Source: Cycas panzhihuaensis
Lineage: Eukaryota; Plantae; Cycadophyta
DNA: 64,000 nt
Reading direction: 5' to 3'
Assembly: GCA_023213395.1 (NCBI GenBank)
Contig: CM041465.1
Coordinates: 203,305,741 to 203,369,740, forward strand
Position 1 is the stretch's first letter; each line of letters starts with the position of its first letter. The translations under genes were made by a program, and so were the position numbers. The notes under the pieces are model-generated. The model did no database searches and had not been told where the DNA came from. It was given only the letters and a program-made list of their open reading frames with translations. This document shows positions 29,301-41,241 of the stretch, one piece after another.

Positions 29301-29998
29301 GGTGTCATAAAAGAGTGGGGCATTCTCCCCCAGAGGGGGGCTAGGGAGAGATGCAGGGATGTTAGATGGCATCCTCCAGATATTCTTTGGGAAAAAGTGA
29401 ACTTTGATGGAGCGGCCAAGGGTAACCCCCCGGCGAGGCAGGCGGGGGTGGTCTGTGCAGGGATCACGGTGGTAATTTGAGATGGGCTTTCGCGGAGTAC
29501 CTAGGTGTCCAAACGAACCAGAAGGCCGAGGTGCAGGCAATGCTAAGAGCGATAACTCTAATGGATGAGGAGGACACCCAAAAGGTGGTCATAGAGGGTG
29601 ATTCAATGTATGTGATTAATTGCTTGAAGGGGGAAGCGGACCCTGGATGGGATAATGTGGATATTTTCAGGGATGCTCAGGATATTTTGAGATCTAAAGG
29701 CGGTGTTCAGATTCAGCATATTTTTAGGGAAGGGAACTCGATAGCAAACTGGCTGGCAAACTGGGTTGTGTCAAATAAAAGATCAAAAGTTTGGAAAGAG
29801 GAATTCCCGGAAGAGTTACTGAGACTCCCTGGCTAAGGCACATGTGGGAGGCGATTGAGGAGGACTGTTTGATTTATATTGGGCTAGACCATGGGCCCGC
29901 TATGGTCATCTTTGCTTTGGTTGGCCTTGATGTACAGGGTTTGGGGACCCAGTTAAAACCCCTATAATATCATTTTTTACCATATCAAAAAAAAAAAA
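26399..29998 (+). mobile_element. L1-clade LINE, 5'-truncated ORF2 (RT, zf-RVT, C-terminal RNase H) with poly(A) tail
   Basis: RT motifs FRPISLCN, GLRQGDPLSP and QFVDD; zinc finger CVLCK; RNase H VNFDGAAKGNP...IEGDS...HIFREGNSIAN. A12 tail at 29987-29998. It interrupts only one LTR of the copia element, with a short AGA duplication. Markedly more GC-rich than its flanks. Confidence 0.95.
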
Positions 29999-30130
29999 GA
30001 ATAACTTAAATACTAATTTAAACATGTGACATAAATATGAACTTTAAGAAGAACATAAGATTACATTAATATTCCTAACATCTCCCTTTAATGTGAACTT
30101 TTATGCTATAGAAGAATAAGAAGGTCTTCA

Positions 30131-33100
30131 TCACGGTGATCCCCATTTGATGGAGACTTCTTTTATCTGCAACAAATCTCGAAGATTTAGAAATTGTACT
30201 TCAGTTAAAGACTTTGTAAGTATGTCAGCAATCTGTAGATCTGTTGGACAATAAGACAAGGAAACAAGATTATCAGTAACAAGATTACGAATAAAATGTT
30301 GATGTAATTCTACATGTTTAGTCCTAGAATGTGAAACTGAATTAGTAGCAATAGCAATTACATCTTGATTATCAACTTTAAGTTCAATGGAAGAGTTTAG
30401 AGACATACCAATTTTATTTAATACAGAATTGAGCCAAAGTGCTTATTTGTCGGCTTCAACAAGTGCACAATATTTAGCTTCAGTCGTTGATAAAACTAAT
30501 GCCTGCATTTTCTTACTAGACTAAGTAATAGGTGAGGAATCTATAAAAAATACATAACCTGATATAGATTTTCGATCATTTATATCACATGTCCAGTCTA
30601 AATCAGTATATCCAATTAAAGTTAGATGTTTATTGCAAAAATTATAAGTTAAACCATAAAAAATAGTATGTTTTAGATATCGTAAGATATGTTTTGTAGT
30701 TTTCCAATGAGATTCATGTGGTTGTTGCATATAATGTAAATATAAAGCGACAGCATAGGAAATGTCAGGGCGGATGTAAGTTAAATAAATAAGACTACCA
30801 ATTAGTTATCTATATAATATAAGGTCACATAAAGGTGATGAACAATCAATGGATAGTTTGAACCCTAGTTGTAATAGATTAGATACAGGTTTAGTATTTT
30901 CCATGTTAAACCATTGAATTAAGTCTAGAATATACTTAGGTTGGGATATTATTATTTTCAAATCATGTTGATAAATTTGTAAACTAAGAAAGTAATGTAG
31001 TAGACATAAATCGATCATTTCGAATTTGTTCATTAAAGTAGATTTTAAATGATGAATATTATTAGTTGATGATCTAGTAATGATGATATCATCAACATAG
31101 AGGATTATAATAGTAATATTTTCATTTTCACATTTGAAATAAAGATTTGGATCACTAATACATCTAGTGTATACAATGTGAATTAAATAATCGTTAACTT
31201 TAATATACCATGCTCGAGGAGTTTGTTTTAAACCATAAATTGATTTTTTAAGTTTATAAACTAGATTAAGATTTTCAATAAAGCTAGGTGGCTGAGACAT
31301 GTAGATTTCTTCTTTGAGATCACCATTCAAAAAAGCACTATTGACATCTATTTGATGGATTTGCCAACCAAACTTGGTAGCTAGAGCAATAATTGTTTTA
31401 ATTGTGTTCATCTTTGCAACAAGGGTAAAGGTTTCGTTATAATATATGCTATCTATTTGCGAAAATCCTTTTGCAACTATGCGAGCTTTATATTTTTCAA
31501 CTGCGTCTGTTAAGTTATATTTTGTTCTATAGACTCATTTACAGTCAACTACATTTTTTCCAAGTGAAAGAGGAACGAGATTCCAAGTTGAATTTTTAAT
31601 TAAAGCATCAAATTCAGTTTGCATAGCGTCCTGCCATATATGATTTGTGCTAGTTTGTTTAAAGGTTTTGGGATCGTTGTTGTCCATTATTTTAGCTATT
31701 AAGGCAAAGTTAGCATGTAGTTTTTGGGCACGAGTTCGTCTGGTATCTGTAGGATTACCTACATCAGATTCAAGATCGCAGTCGCTTTTTGTTGCCCAAA
31801 CAGGTTGCTTATTAGTAATTGTTTCTGAAGGTACAGGTTGATTTGTAAAACTAGGTTAAGAGAAGGAATCTATTTTATTAAATTTAGATAGAGTCTAATT
31901 TTAGACTTGAGTTGATAAGGATTCTATAACTTCCGGATCAGCTTGTTTGTCAGAAGGGTCAACCAAATAAGTGTTAGTTAACAAATTTTCAATGGAAAAT
32001 TCTACATAAGTAAATGTTGAAGAAAATCCTTCTTCATCAAATATTACGTCATGCAAAGTGGAAATTTAATGTGTGACTAGATCTAGGAGTCTATAAACTT
32101 TACTTTCTTCGTTGTATTTAACGAAGATGTATTTTTTATTTTTTAAGTCTAATTTTTTACGTTTTTCTTTAGGGATATGTCCCCACGCAATACTACCAAA
32201 GATTCATAAATGATTGCCTGATGGTTTTCTTTCAGACCATTTTTGTTCCGGAGTAACGTCGTGTAGACTTTTACTAAGTAAACAATTTAATAAATAGTTA
32301 GAGCAGTTAATTATTTCTGCCCACAATTTTAGATCTGGATTCTTTACATGTAATATGCAACAAGTCATCTCAACAAGAGTATGGTTTTTGTATTCAGCAA
32401 CACCGTTTTGTTGAGGTGTATATGCAACAGAATGCTGGAACTAAATTCCATGTGATTTACAGAAAAAAATGAATTTGCCACTTAAATATTCATTTGCATT
32501 ATCGGATCAAAAAAATTTAATTTTTGAATTTGATTGATTTTCAATTAGCATTTTGTATTCAACGAAAATGTCAAACACTTGACTACGTGTTTTAAGTATG
32601 TAAACGCAACATTTTCTTGAATAATCATCAATAAATGTAACAAAATAACGAAAGCCAAAGTATGACGTTACATGAAAAGATCTGCATATGTCAGAGTGAA
32701 TAAGTTCAAGTGGAACAGTCGCTCTGAATTGTGTTTTATGTGGAAATTGGTCTATGTGTTGCTTACCTGTCACACAAACTTCACAAACACCATAAACAAT
32801 GTTTAAGGGTTGAAGACCATGAACCATTTTATGTTTTTTTAGATATTGTAGTTTGCCATAACTTGTATGGTCAAATCGTGCATGCCAAAGTTTATTGACT
32901 GAGACAGATTTGGCAATAAATATTTTTTTAGATATTGTAGTTTGCCATAACTTGTATGGTCAAATCGTGCATGCCAAAGTTTATTGACTGAGACAGATTT
33001 GGCAATAAAGGCACTAAATGATTTTGTTTTATTATTTTGTAGACTTATTAAACTATAGAGATGTATTATGATTAACAGGTCTTGAGGTAATACGTCTAAA

Positions 33101-34442
33101 TTTGTTTAATAGCTCCTTAATGATAAATTTATTTTTCCAGAATTCGACGACAAAGTCTTTCTAGCAGATTTGATAAACAGAAAGTAGGTTTGGTAATAGA
33201 CTAGGTATGTAGAAAACGTCTTTTATTGATCCATCCTTTAAGGTAACATCACATGATCCTTTGACTTTAAGTTGGGTACCACTTCCAAAAGAAATATCTT
33301 CTTCAAAGTTTGATTCAGATTGATAAGTTGATAAATTTTTCTGGTGTTTTGTCATGTGATAAGATGCACCTGAGTCAAGGATCCATTGTGGTGGTTGATT
33401 TGTAGGGGCAATAAACGCAGAAATTGTTGCCACTAAAGAACGATTATGAGTTTGTCGATTTTGAGGTCGTGATTGAAGATGGAATTGAGGTCGATTTTGC
33501 AATCCCTTGGAAGCTTTCCATGCTTCCGAAGCTACTTCTGTAGACATCAATAGTGTGGCATGTTTTATGACAATATGCACAACTAGTGTTCTGAGAAGGA
33601 GTTACATTGTTCCTATTATGAAATGATTGATTAGAAATATTTTGGTGTTTAGTTAGACCAGAATACTTAATATTGTTTTAAGAATTTGATTGTGAACCTC
33701 TATAAGGTTTTTGAAATTTTGGATTACTATGAAAATTATTCTGTTATTTATTTTTAATTTGTGGCTTAGTTTTAGAAAACAAAGTCTGTGAAGGATCTTT
33801 TAATATGCCTTTTTGAATTAACATTATTTGATATTCGATCAGTTGGTTTATCAACTGATTGAATGTTATAGGAGGGTCGCCAGCTTATTGTCTGGTAGTT
33901 TTGAAGAGATTAAATTGTTTTGGTAACTTGTTTACTGCAAGGCGTACGAGTGTATCGTTGTCTCTAGCATGCGTGATTATTTTTTCAGTATCACCTTCTT
34001 TAGTTTTGGATTTGATACAATTTCCTATATCTTTATTAATTAATTAAATTTTACTTAAAAAATCTTCAACATTGGAAAAATTATCAAAAGTAAGGTCATA
34101 CAATTGTTGTTCTAGGACAGCCACTTAATATGTATCGATCTTGTCATATTTATCTTGCAAAGTTTTCCAGACAGTGGCCAAGTCGTCTGTTTCAAAAAAC
34201 TGTCGACTGATTTCTGGTGAAAGTGAGTTTAATATGGTGCGTAAGGCTGCATCTGAGTTCATCAGATACACCATATAACTCTCTGTAGCTTCATCTTTTG
34301 GTTTTTAAAATTCACATGTCACATATCGCCACATCTTTTGCTGTTTAAACCAATGAGATATGTGATTCCTCCAGTCGGCATAGTTTGAGCCGGTTAATAC
34401 TGAAATTAGAACGCAAATGGTTGTCCCTGGCATTAATGCCAT
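30131..34442 (-). pseudogene. Disrupted copia gag-pol (gag, protease WILDSGAS, integrase, RT YVDD, RNase H)
   Basis: gag start MALMPGTT...LTGSNYADW at 34442. ORF fragments 33161-33580, 32507-32827, 30806-31411, 30521-30730 and 30131-30406. Confidence 0.93.
32834..33009. repeat. Near-perfect 89-bp-period tandem duplication in the copia pre-integrase region
   Basis: AGATATTGTAG...TTGGCAATAAA is identical at 32841-32920 and 32930-33009. Confidence 0.92.
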
Positions 34443-35025
34443 ATTGGGAGTTATAAGGTTTGATTAAAGATTGAAGAATATGAAGGTGGAAGAAAAAATA
34501 ATCACTCAATAAAAGTACTAATAATCAGATTAATATTTTAACAGGCATAATTCAAGAATGAAAAAGAAAGTATTGTAGTATGCATTACTTGCTTTTCCCT
34601 TCAAGAAAAAAATCACATGTTTTCAGGCAAATAGTTTCCCTCGAATTGAAAAATAAACGACCCCTTAAAAAATCCCCTTAGACATTCCCTTTTCGAAACA
34701 AAAGATCCCGTTAATTTGATAAATAAACAATCCCCCTCAAGTGTTTAAGTTCCAAGAAAGTTGTAAATATATAAAATTAGAACAATTAATTATACGTTGC
34801 ATTAGTTTGACAATAATTTTTAAGATATAAGACTGATTTGCAAGATAAAATATAAAAAATGTTAATAGTTTTTTATTAATTAAACTTTATTTTTGAAAAA
34901 AAAAAAATGCATATAAAAAGAATTCAATAATCCACACAAATAAGAACATATACTACACTTGATCTTAGCTAAAAAACCAAGAAAAAATGTTGGTTTTGCC
35001 TAAGTTAATTAGGCTTTGTTAATAG

Positions 35026-35057
35026 TATATATATGTATATATATATATATATATATA
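35026..35057. repeat. Imperfect (TA)n microsatellite in the copia leader
   Basis: Directly visible, with one GT interruption. Confidence 0.9.
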
Positions 35058-38054
35058 CTCTTTAAATGAGTGTTTGAAAGGTAATGTATACTTTATTTGT
35101 GACAAAGAATAAGCTAAGATTTTAGACGGAAGGAGGGGGAATATTATATAGTATATAGGGGGGGAAAGCTTTGTAAAAAATAACTTTAAATGTTATAATA
35201 AGGAATATTTATTAAATATTAAAAGTTAATTAAAGGGAGAGGGGTTTAATATCCCAATATTTAGTGGAGGATAATAAAGAAATCTAATCTATAAATGTAA
35301 AAAAATTTGGTACTGTTTTTAAATATTATAGTGTAATAAAGGGGGTTAATTGTAAAAATGTAAGGGGGGGCTAATGTAATAATCAATATAATGAAAAAAT
35401 GGGAGGTAAAGTAATAATCAATATAATGAAAAGGGGGGGTAAAAGAGTGTTTAATTAAAAATAATATTAATTAACGTAATGGGGGGGGTGTACATTAATT
35501 ATTAAAATGTAATAGGGGGTTTTAGGTTTATAAGTTTTTATTAAATAAACATAATCTAAAGTTATGGGAGGGGATTCTAAATCAAGATTATTTGATTAAA
35601 CATAGTTTATTAATGTGATTAAGGGGGGGTATTAAGGTTATTTTATTAATATAATAAGGGGGGGGAGGTATTAACGTTAAATCAAATGAAATAAAAACTA
35701 AATAAAAAAACAAAAGAATCAAACCCGCGGACCCAATGGGTTATTAAATTTTATAAAAGAAAAAATAAAATAAACAAAAAGAAATGGTCCGTTAAGGTTT
35801 AGGGTTAGAAACCCTACCTGGAATTGTGATGGCGTGGCGGTGCGTCTTCTCCATCTGGATCTTGGAGGCAGCAGCAGCACGTTTATGCAGGTCTGCTTCG
35901 AGGAGAGGCACTTCCAGAGGATTTATGCAGGTCTAGTTAAAGATCTGGTGAGAGGAATTTATCTCCTTGTAGAGGCACACTAGACTCGGGGTTTCGATTG
36001 CAAGCACAAATAACCACTGAAGGTGGGAGCTCAACAGCCAATGCAGCTATTGATGCTGACCATGTTGAAGCTTCTGTTGATGTTGCTACTCCAGCTTGTC
36101 ATTTTCCTCATTTAGATTCCATTTATCGTATGGGTTTTGCATTTATCTCTGATTTTTGAATGTACTCTTCGGTCTTTTGGCTGCACGCTGCGATGCCATA
36201 TTGATTCCGTGAAGCGGGTCTCGACTTCTTAAGATGCCCTTGTTTGTGGGTTTTGCTCAAGATTGAAGGACACATATTGTGTCACATTCTCAGTGTTAAT
36301 TAGAGAGGGAGCCATGTCTTTGGTTGTATGTGGGAAGAGGTCAGTATTTGATGATCTTCATTCTCCACCCCTGATCAAGCGCCTTACGTTGTGGAGGGGA
36401 GGGTTTAACATGGAATCCGACTACTTGGTCTTTGAAAAATTTTCATCTATCACACCTTAGAAGGTTGTTTCCCAATAGTGATAAATAACATCTGCGAGTA
36501 ACATTGGAATTATGTAGCAATGATCTTGATTCTGCAATCAAGAGTCTGAATGAATACCAATCAAGCTCTGATACCATGTAGAAATAGGCATATGCACAAT
36601 ATTACCACAGGATCACATAGACAAGCAATTACAGGCTCCAAATAACATTGCACATATACACAAAATTAACAGGTGGAAAACCCCTTATGGGGAAGAAAAA
36701 CCACCTCCTAAAGTTGTATTTATATTAAGAATAGTGAAAACAGAATACAATATGCTGAAACCACCTAACCACCAAATCAACCTTTCAAAAAGGCTTTTAG
36801 ACAGCCCTCCTAGATTCTCGGAACCATCTCCTTGAATCTAGGAGAAGAATTAATACTAAGAAATGTTCGTTGAAATGCAGTTGCACATTTCAACCACCTT
36901 CCACAAAATTAAAATAAGCGTTAAAATTAAACATTAGAATAACTTAAATACTAATTTAAACATGTGACATAAATATGAACTTTAAGAAGAACATAAAATA
37001 TTACATTAATATTCCTAACAATTATCATTATTCTTATTGCATTATATAAAGATGTTCTTCGTTCTACATATCATTTTGTTATTCTTGCAATTCATGATGT
37101 TAGTACTGCTAAGAAAGCTTAGAACACTTTGAATGATGCATTTGAAAATACTCTTAAAAGAATACAACAAGTTATTGAAGTAAGTAATGAAGAGGTTAAA
37201 ATCGATGCAAGTAGGGATAAAAAGTATTATTGATAAATGTTGTATTGAAAATGAATCTGATGAAAAAGCTATTTTGAAATGTGCATCTGTTGAATGCATT
37301 ATTGATGAGCATGTTAAACATAATGAAATCATTGGTGATTGTAATGAAGTAACTCAAGAGATCGAAGGTTCATCACTCATTCCTAGTCTTGTTACCTCAA
37401 AAGAAATTGAAAGTGAATATGATAGGTCTATTACTGAGAAGGAAATTACAAATATCCCTAATAATTCAAAATTTAAAGATGAAGCAAGTTACATGATAGA
37501 TACAATGGGCATAATTTTATCAGTTCTTGATCAAATCACATCAAATCAACTAGGGCCTAGAAAGATGAAACTTAGCCTCGGAATAGATGATAAATCTGGA
37601 GTTGCTTTGGCCAAATTGCAACCAGTTAATATTGTAGCATCTCATATCTTAGCATTAGAGATACAGAATAACCAAAGGAGGTGGATTGCATTAATGGTAA
37701 ATGACTTGGCAGTTACATTCTTGATTGAACCCATGATTGCAACTGGAAAGGTCATTTACACCAGGACCTTCGAGATTTCACTTGCCATAGCAAATGCCAC
37801 CATGACAATTATTGTAAGAGAGACTTTCTACACATTCTTAGTGTGCAATAAATTCTGTGTAAGAACTTCAACAACCTTGATTGATATAAGAAGAACAAAT
37901 CAGTTGGTTGAAAACTATGCCATAAAAACAGAACCGGTTCCAATTGTAACAACAAGCATCAACATGTACAAGGAGGTACCATTCTATCTTTTCTTCCCTC
38001 TTCAAGATCTTATGCAATTATTTTGATATCATTTCTCTAGCTCATTCTTATTTA

Positions 38055-38844
38055 ATAGACAATGAAAGAGTTATACAGAAGTTTCAAAAAGCCATAGACC
38101 TTAAGCCTAATCACATGAATGCTTTGTATAATCTTGGGGACCTGTTTAAAAATGTGGTCAAGTATCAAAAAGTTGTGGAGATATATAGCCAAGTGCTTGC
38201 CATATGGCTCGATCACTGGCACGCTCAACTCAATAAGGCAATGGCATTGTTAGGAGCAAGAAAAATAGATGTAGATAAGAAATCTTTAAAAGATGCATTC
38301 AAGATGACCAATAGAGCGGAATTATATAATGCAATTATCCATCTAAAGTAGCTGCAGAAGAAACCCAAAGGGTTTGGATCTATGATCACAAACGCAAATC
38401 AACATGGAGGTTTAAAAACATTGACACAGATGGAAATGGATGGAACAACTATGGAAAACTACGCTCAGACAGTATTTGGCATGTGCTTTGGATATCAGAA
38501 CCTTCAAAAGGCTCACTAGATTGAATTGGTGTGATACAAGTCCTGTGAAAAAGGAATTGACTAAGACAAAGGTACTCATCAATCAATCTGGCTATGGTGT
38601 ATCGAAAGAAACTATTCGCAAGGCAACATTAAAAATAATCATACGAAGATTACTTCATTTTCTAAACCCAAAAACATTCCAAGGAACTGTTAAGGCAATG
38701 AATGAAAGACTGTTGATCATGTCGAATGAAACTGAATCAGGCAAAGTGGATCTAAGCACATTTTATGCTATTTTGGCACACATTTGTGTAGGCTCTCCTG
38801 ACAATAGAAAACATACTACTTATAATGTTTTAGTATGACGTTCA
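38055..38844 (+). pseudogene. Captured fragment of an At1g05150/At2g32450-like calcium-binding TPR protein gene
   Basis: KFQKAIDLKPNHMNALYNLG...HWHAQLNKA...KMTNRAELYNAIIHLK*LQKK and KTTLR...RRLLHFLNPKTFQGTVKAMNE...SGKVDLSTFYAILAHIC closely match the recalled family sequence. The fragment contains stops and a frameshift and lacks both protein ends. Confidence 0.85.
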
Positions 38845-41194
38845 ACAAAAGATCATTTTTTTCAAGAGCTACTACAACAAGGATATCATCATAGGATTGA
38901 AACTAGAGAACAAATTGAAAACATTATCTTCAAGATATTTCCAAAGATAAAGCACTGCAAATTCAAAAGATCTGAAATATACATTAAAAAGAGGATGTTA
39001 ATATTAAAAAATCAAGATATTATATTGTAATGCACATGTGCAAGTAGGTGGTCTTTGGTTTATTGATCAATTACTAATATGTTCTTAGTACTAGTCTGAA
39101 AGTGTTTTGTCTTAACATTAAACATTATAGGGGGGTGTTAGAAATAACATTTAATGTGTTAGAAGTAATGTCTAGTGGTCTAATGTTAAATAGGATAATA
39201 TTAATGTTAAAAAGTGGTGTGTTGGTATTAAGGGGTCACACTTAACCCTTCTAGGAATAATTAAATAAGTCATTAAAGCGTGCGCATTGTGGTAGTCTTA
39301 GTGGCCACTTAATATAATTGGTCAAGTATGTGGTGATTTTGCATTATAAATATGTAGTCATGTCAATCCCAAATGTAACGGAGAAGATCATATTCAGTAA
39401 GTCTTATTTCTAGTTTATGTCCATGATGGATGTGCATATGGTTTGACATGTCTGTTTTTCAACAATGAACCCATGCTGACACACATATATTCAGTATGTT
39501 GATCAACCCCATATCTTAAGAAATTGTGTGTTGCATTTGTTCTTTGGCTAATTTGGTTCTCTGGATATATGTGCAAAATCTTCATAGACGTGTATCCAAG
39601 CCAGAAGATTAATTCATAATTTTTCAATGCCTCAATTCATTTTAAGTTGTTTCCTTCCGCATAAAGCAAGCCACAGAGATTGGTAAGGAAATTGATGTAC
39701 CTAACATTGACAGCAACTGACAAGAGGACACCAATCAGGCACTGTTGCATACTGGAGAAAATCAGCAATTCAGGGTCCAACTCATAGCAATTATTACTCG
39801 CAGTTCTCCACCTTCAATTTCTCACTGCCCAATGAGGCCTAAATTTGACACTCCCGACATTATACCAGAGTTATGAAATAGAGGCTTGACAATCAATATT
39901 AGTATGGAACCAAACACGTAACCCATCTACCACCAGAGAACTTAACTAAACACTCAACAGACTTCTTGTGTATGAAACCTCAAATTATCACACAGCAACT
40001 CATCGTGTTATATTCATGTCTTGTAATCTGAACAGATATATACCATGTATCACCTGTCTGCCAACTGCTACTGCTAGTAATGATGATGACAAGTTCATTG
40101 ATCACTATGATTATGAGGGCAATGAATACAACCGTACCTACAATGACAACAGTGGCACAACAACAACAATCATGACCAATCTCAAAAACACCGATAATGA
40201 TGATGATGAAAACATTTAATATGCAAATTCCATAACCAATATACCCCTGCACAAAGCAGGAGGCAGCAAGAACAACAGACGTGAGACATTACTAAAGAAA
40301 ATAAAATCAAGCAATAATAGAAGTCCAATAAGGTCCTGAAGTGCTTGCTTGAACAATCACCACATTCAACTTTTATTAAATCAACATTCAAGTCAGAGGG
40401 AAACACTGTGAAGAACACCAATGCTCATAGCAGAGTCTTCTGATGCTACAATTGTCTTCCGTTTACTGCTGCCTGCCTCCAGCAAAATTTAAACTAGTTC
40501 ATCCTCTCTAAAACTTGTGGACTTTTGTTTGTCATCCAAAGTAATATATTTTTTACAACTAGTTACAACGGCCACGATTTTTCAATTTTAGACTATGGTA
40601 TGGTATATATACACTGTCAGAGGCAGTTACAGCCTAAGGCCTCAATGATATGATGCACTTTTATTTGTCCTGAATATAAGTTAGTTTTCTAGACTCGCCC
40701 AAGATGTATTCAAATTTTTGTATTGTTTGAACGTGGTCAATAACACTCAATTTGATAAAAGGCAGAAGAAGAGTAAGGGCTCACCGATAAAGTCCAAGAA
40801 TAAAAAGCCAATTTATCCAGCATACAGAAAATGCAGTTCAATCTTTGAATGTAACTTGTCTTCTCATAAAAAGCATTTCACTACATGTTATTAAAACACA
40901 TAGCTAAAACCATAGTAGCCATGCTCAGAAAAAACGAAAATTTGATGGGTCAAAGAATTCAAATAAATATGATGTTTCAAAAAGTTTGAAACAAATTCAA
41001 CAAAAAATGGCAAAGATCTCAGTTTCCCTGCAAAACAATACAAACATTTTATCACAAAAGTAAATTGGTATACAGCTATTAAAACATGCCTTGTACAAAA
41101 TGAGTATTCTACGCTATATACTAATTGATTCATCAAATAGGGATTTTACAATAGTCATACACTAGATGCTAAAAGAGTTTAAGGCGTTTCTTTG

Positions 41195-41197
<3 letters not shown>

Positions 41198-41237
<40 letters not shown>
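41198..41237. repeat. (AT)n microsatellite, ~20 units
   Basis: Directly visible in the sequence. Confidence 0.97.

Positions 41238-41241
<4 letters not shown>

Larger units (their letters stand above)
26043..37020 (-). mobile_element. Ty1/copia LTR retrotransposon, full length and decayed, with a LINE inserted in its 3' LTR
   Basis: 5' LTR 36577-37020. 3' LTR 26043-26398 plus 30001-30080, roughly 94% identical by manual count. Perfect TSD ATTAT (26038-26042 / 37021-37025). Perfect Met-i PBS TGGTATCAGAGC (plus 36565-36576). PPT at ~30081-30091. Confidence 0.96.
25850..39706 (+). mobile_element. Old chimeric non-autonomous copia-derived element: gag N-terminus, unknown ORF, captured TPR gene fragment, RNase H C-terminus, PPT, 3' LTR. 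Interrupted by the 26043-37020 copia
   Basis: gag N-terminus PIPKYNETNYYC*TIKMRSIFMCKTLWDIV continues in frame across the ATTAT TSD into ...STAKKA*NTLNDAF. RNase H tail KDHFFQELLQQG...EQIENIIFK at 38848-38975. PPT AGGGGGG at 39129-39135. LTR candidate TGTTAG(39136)...CTAACA(39706). No 5' LTR or PBS found. Confidence 0.72.

Noticed and set aside
26420-29540. Many overlapping alternative-frame and minus-strand ORFs in the LINE
   Set aside because: By-products of high GC content; only the ORF2 frames carry motifs.
38055-38844. TPR region as a functional host gene
   Set aside because: It has internal stops and a frameshift, lacks both ends, and is embedded between retroelement domains.
39968-40421. 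Asp/Asn/Thr-rich short ORFs
   Set aside because: Explained by GAT/ACA low-complexity repeats; no domain recognised.
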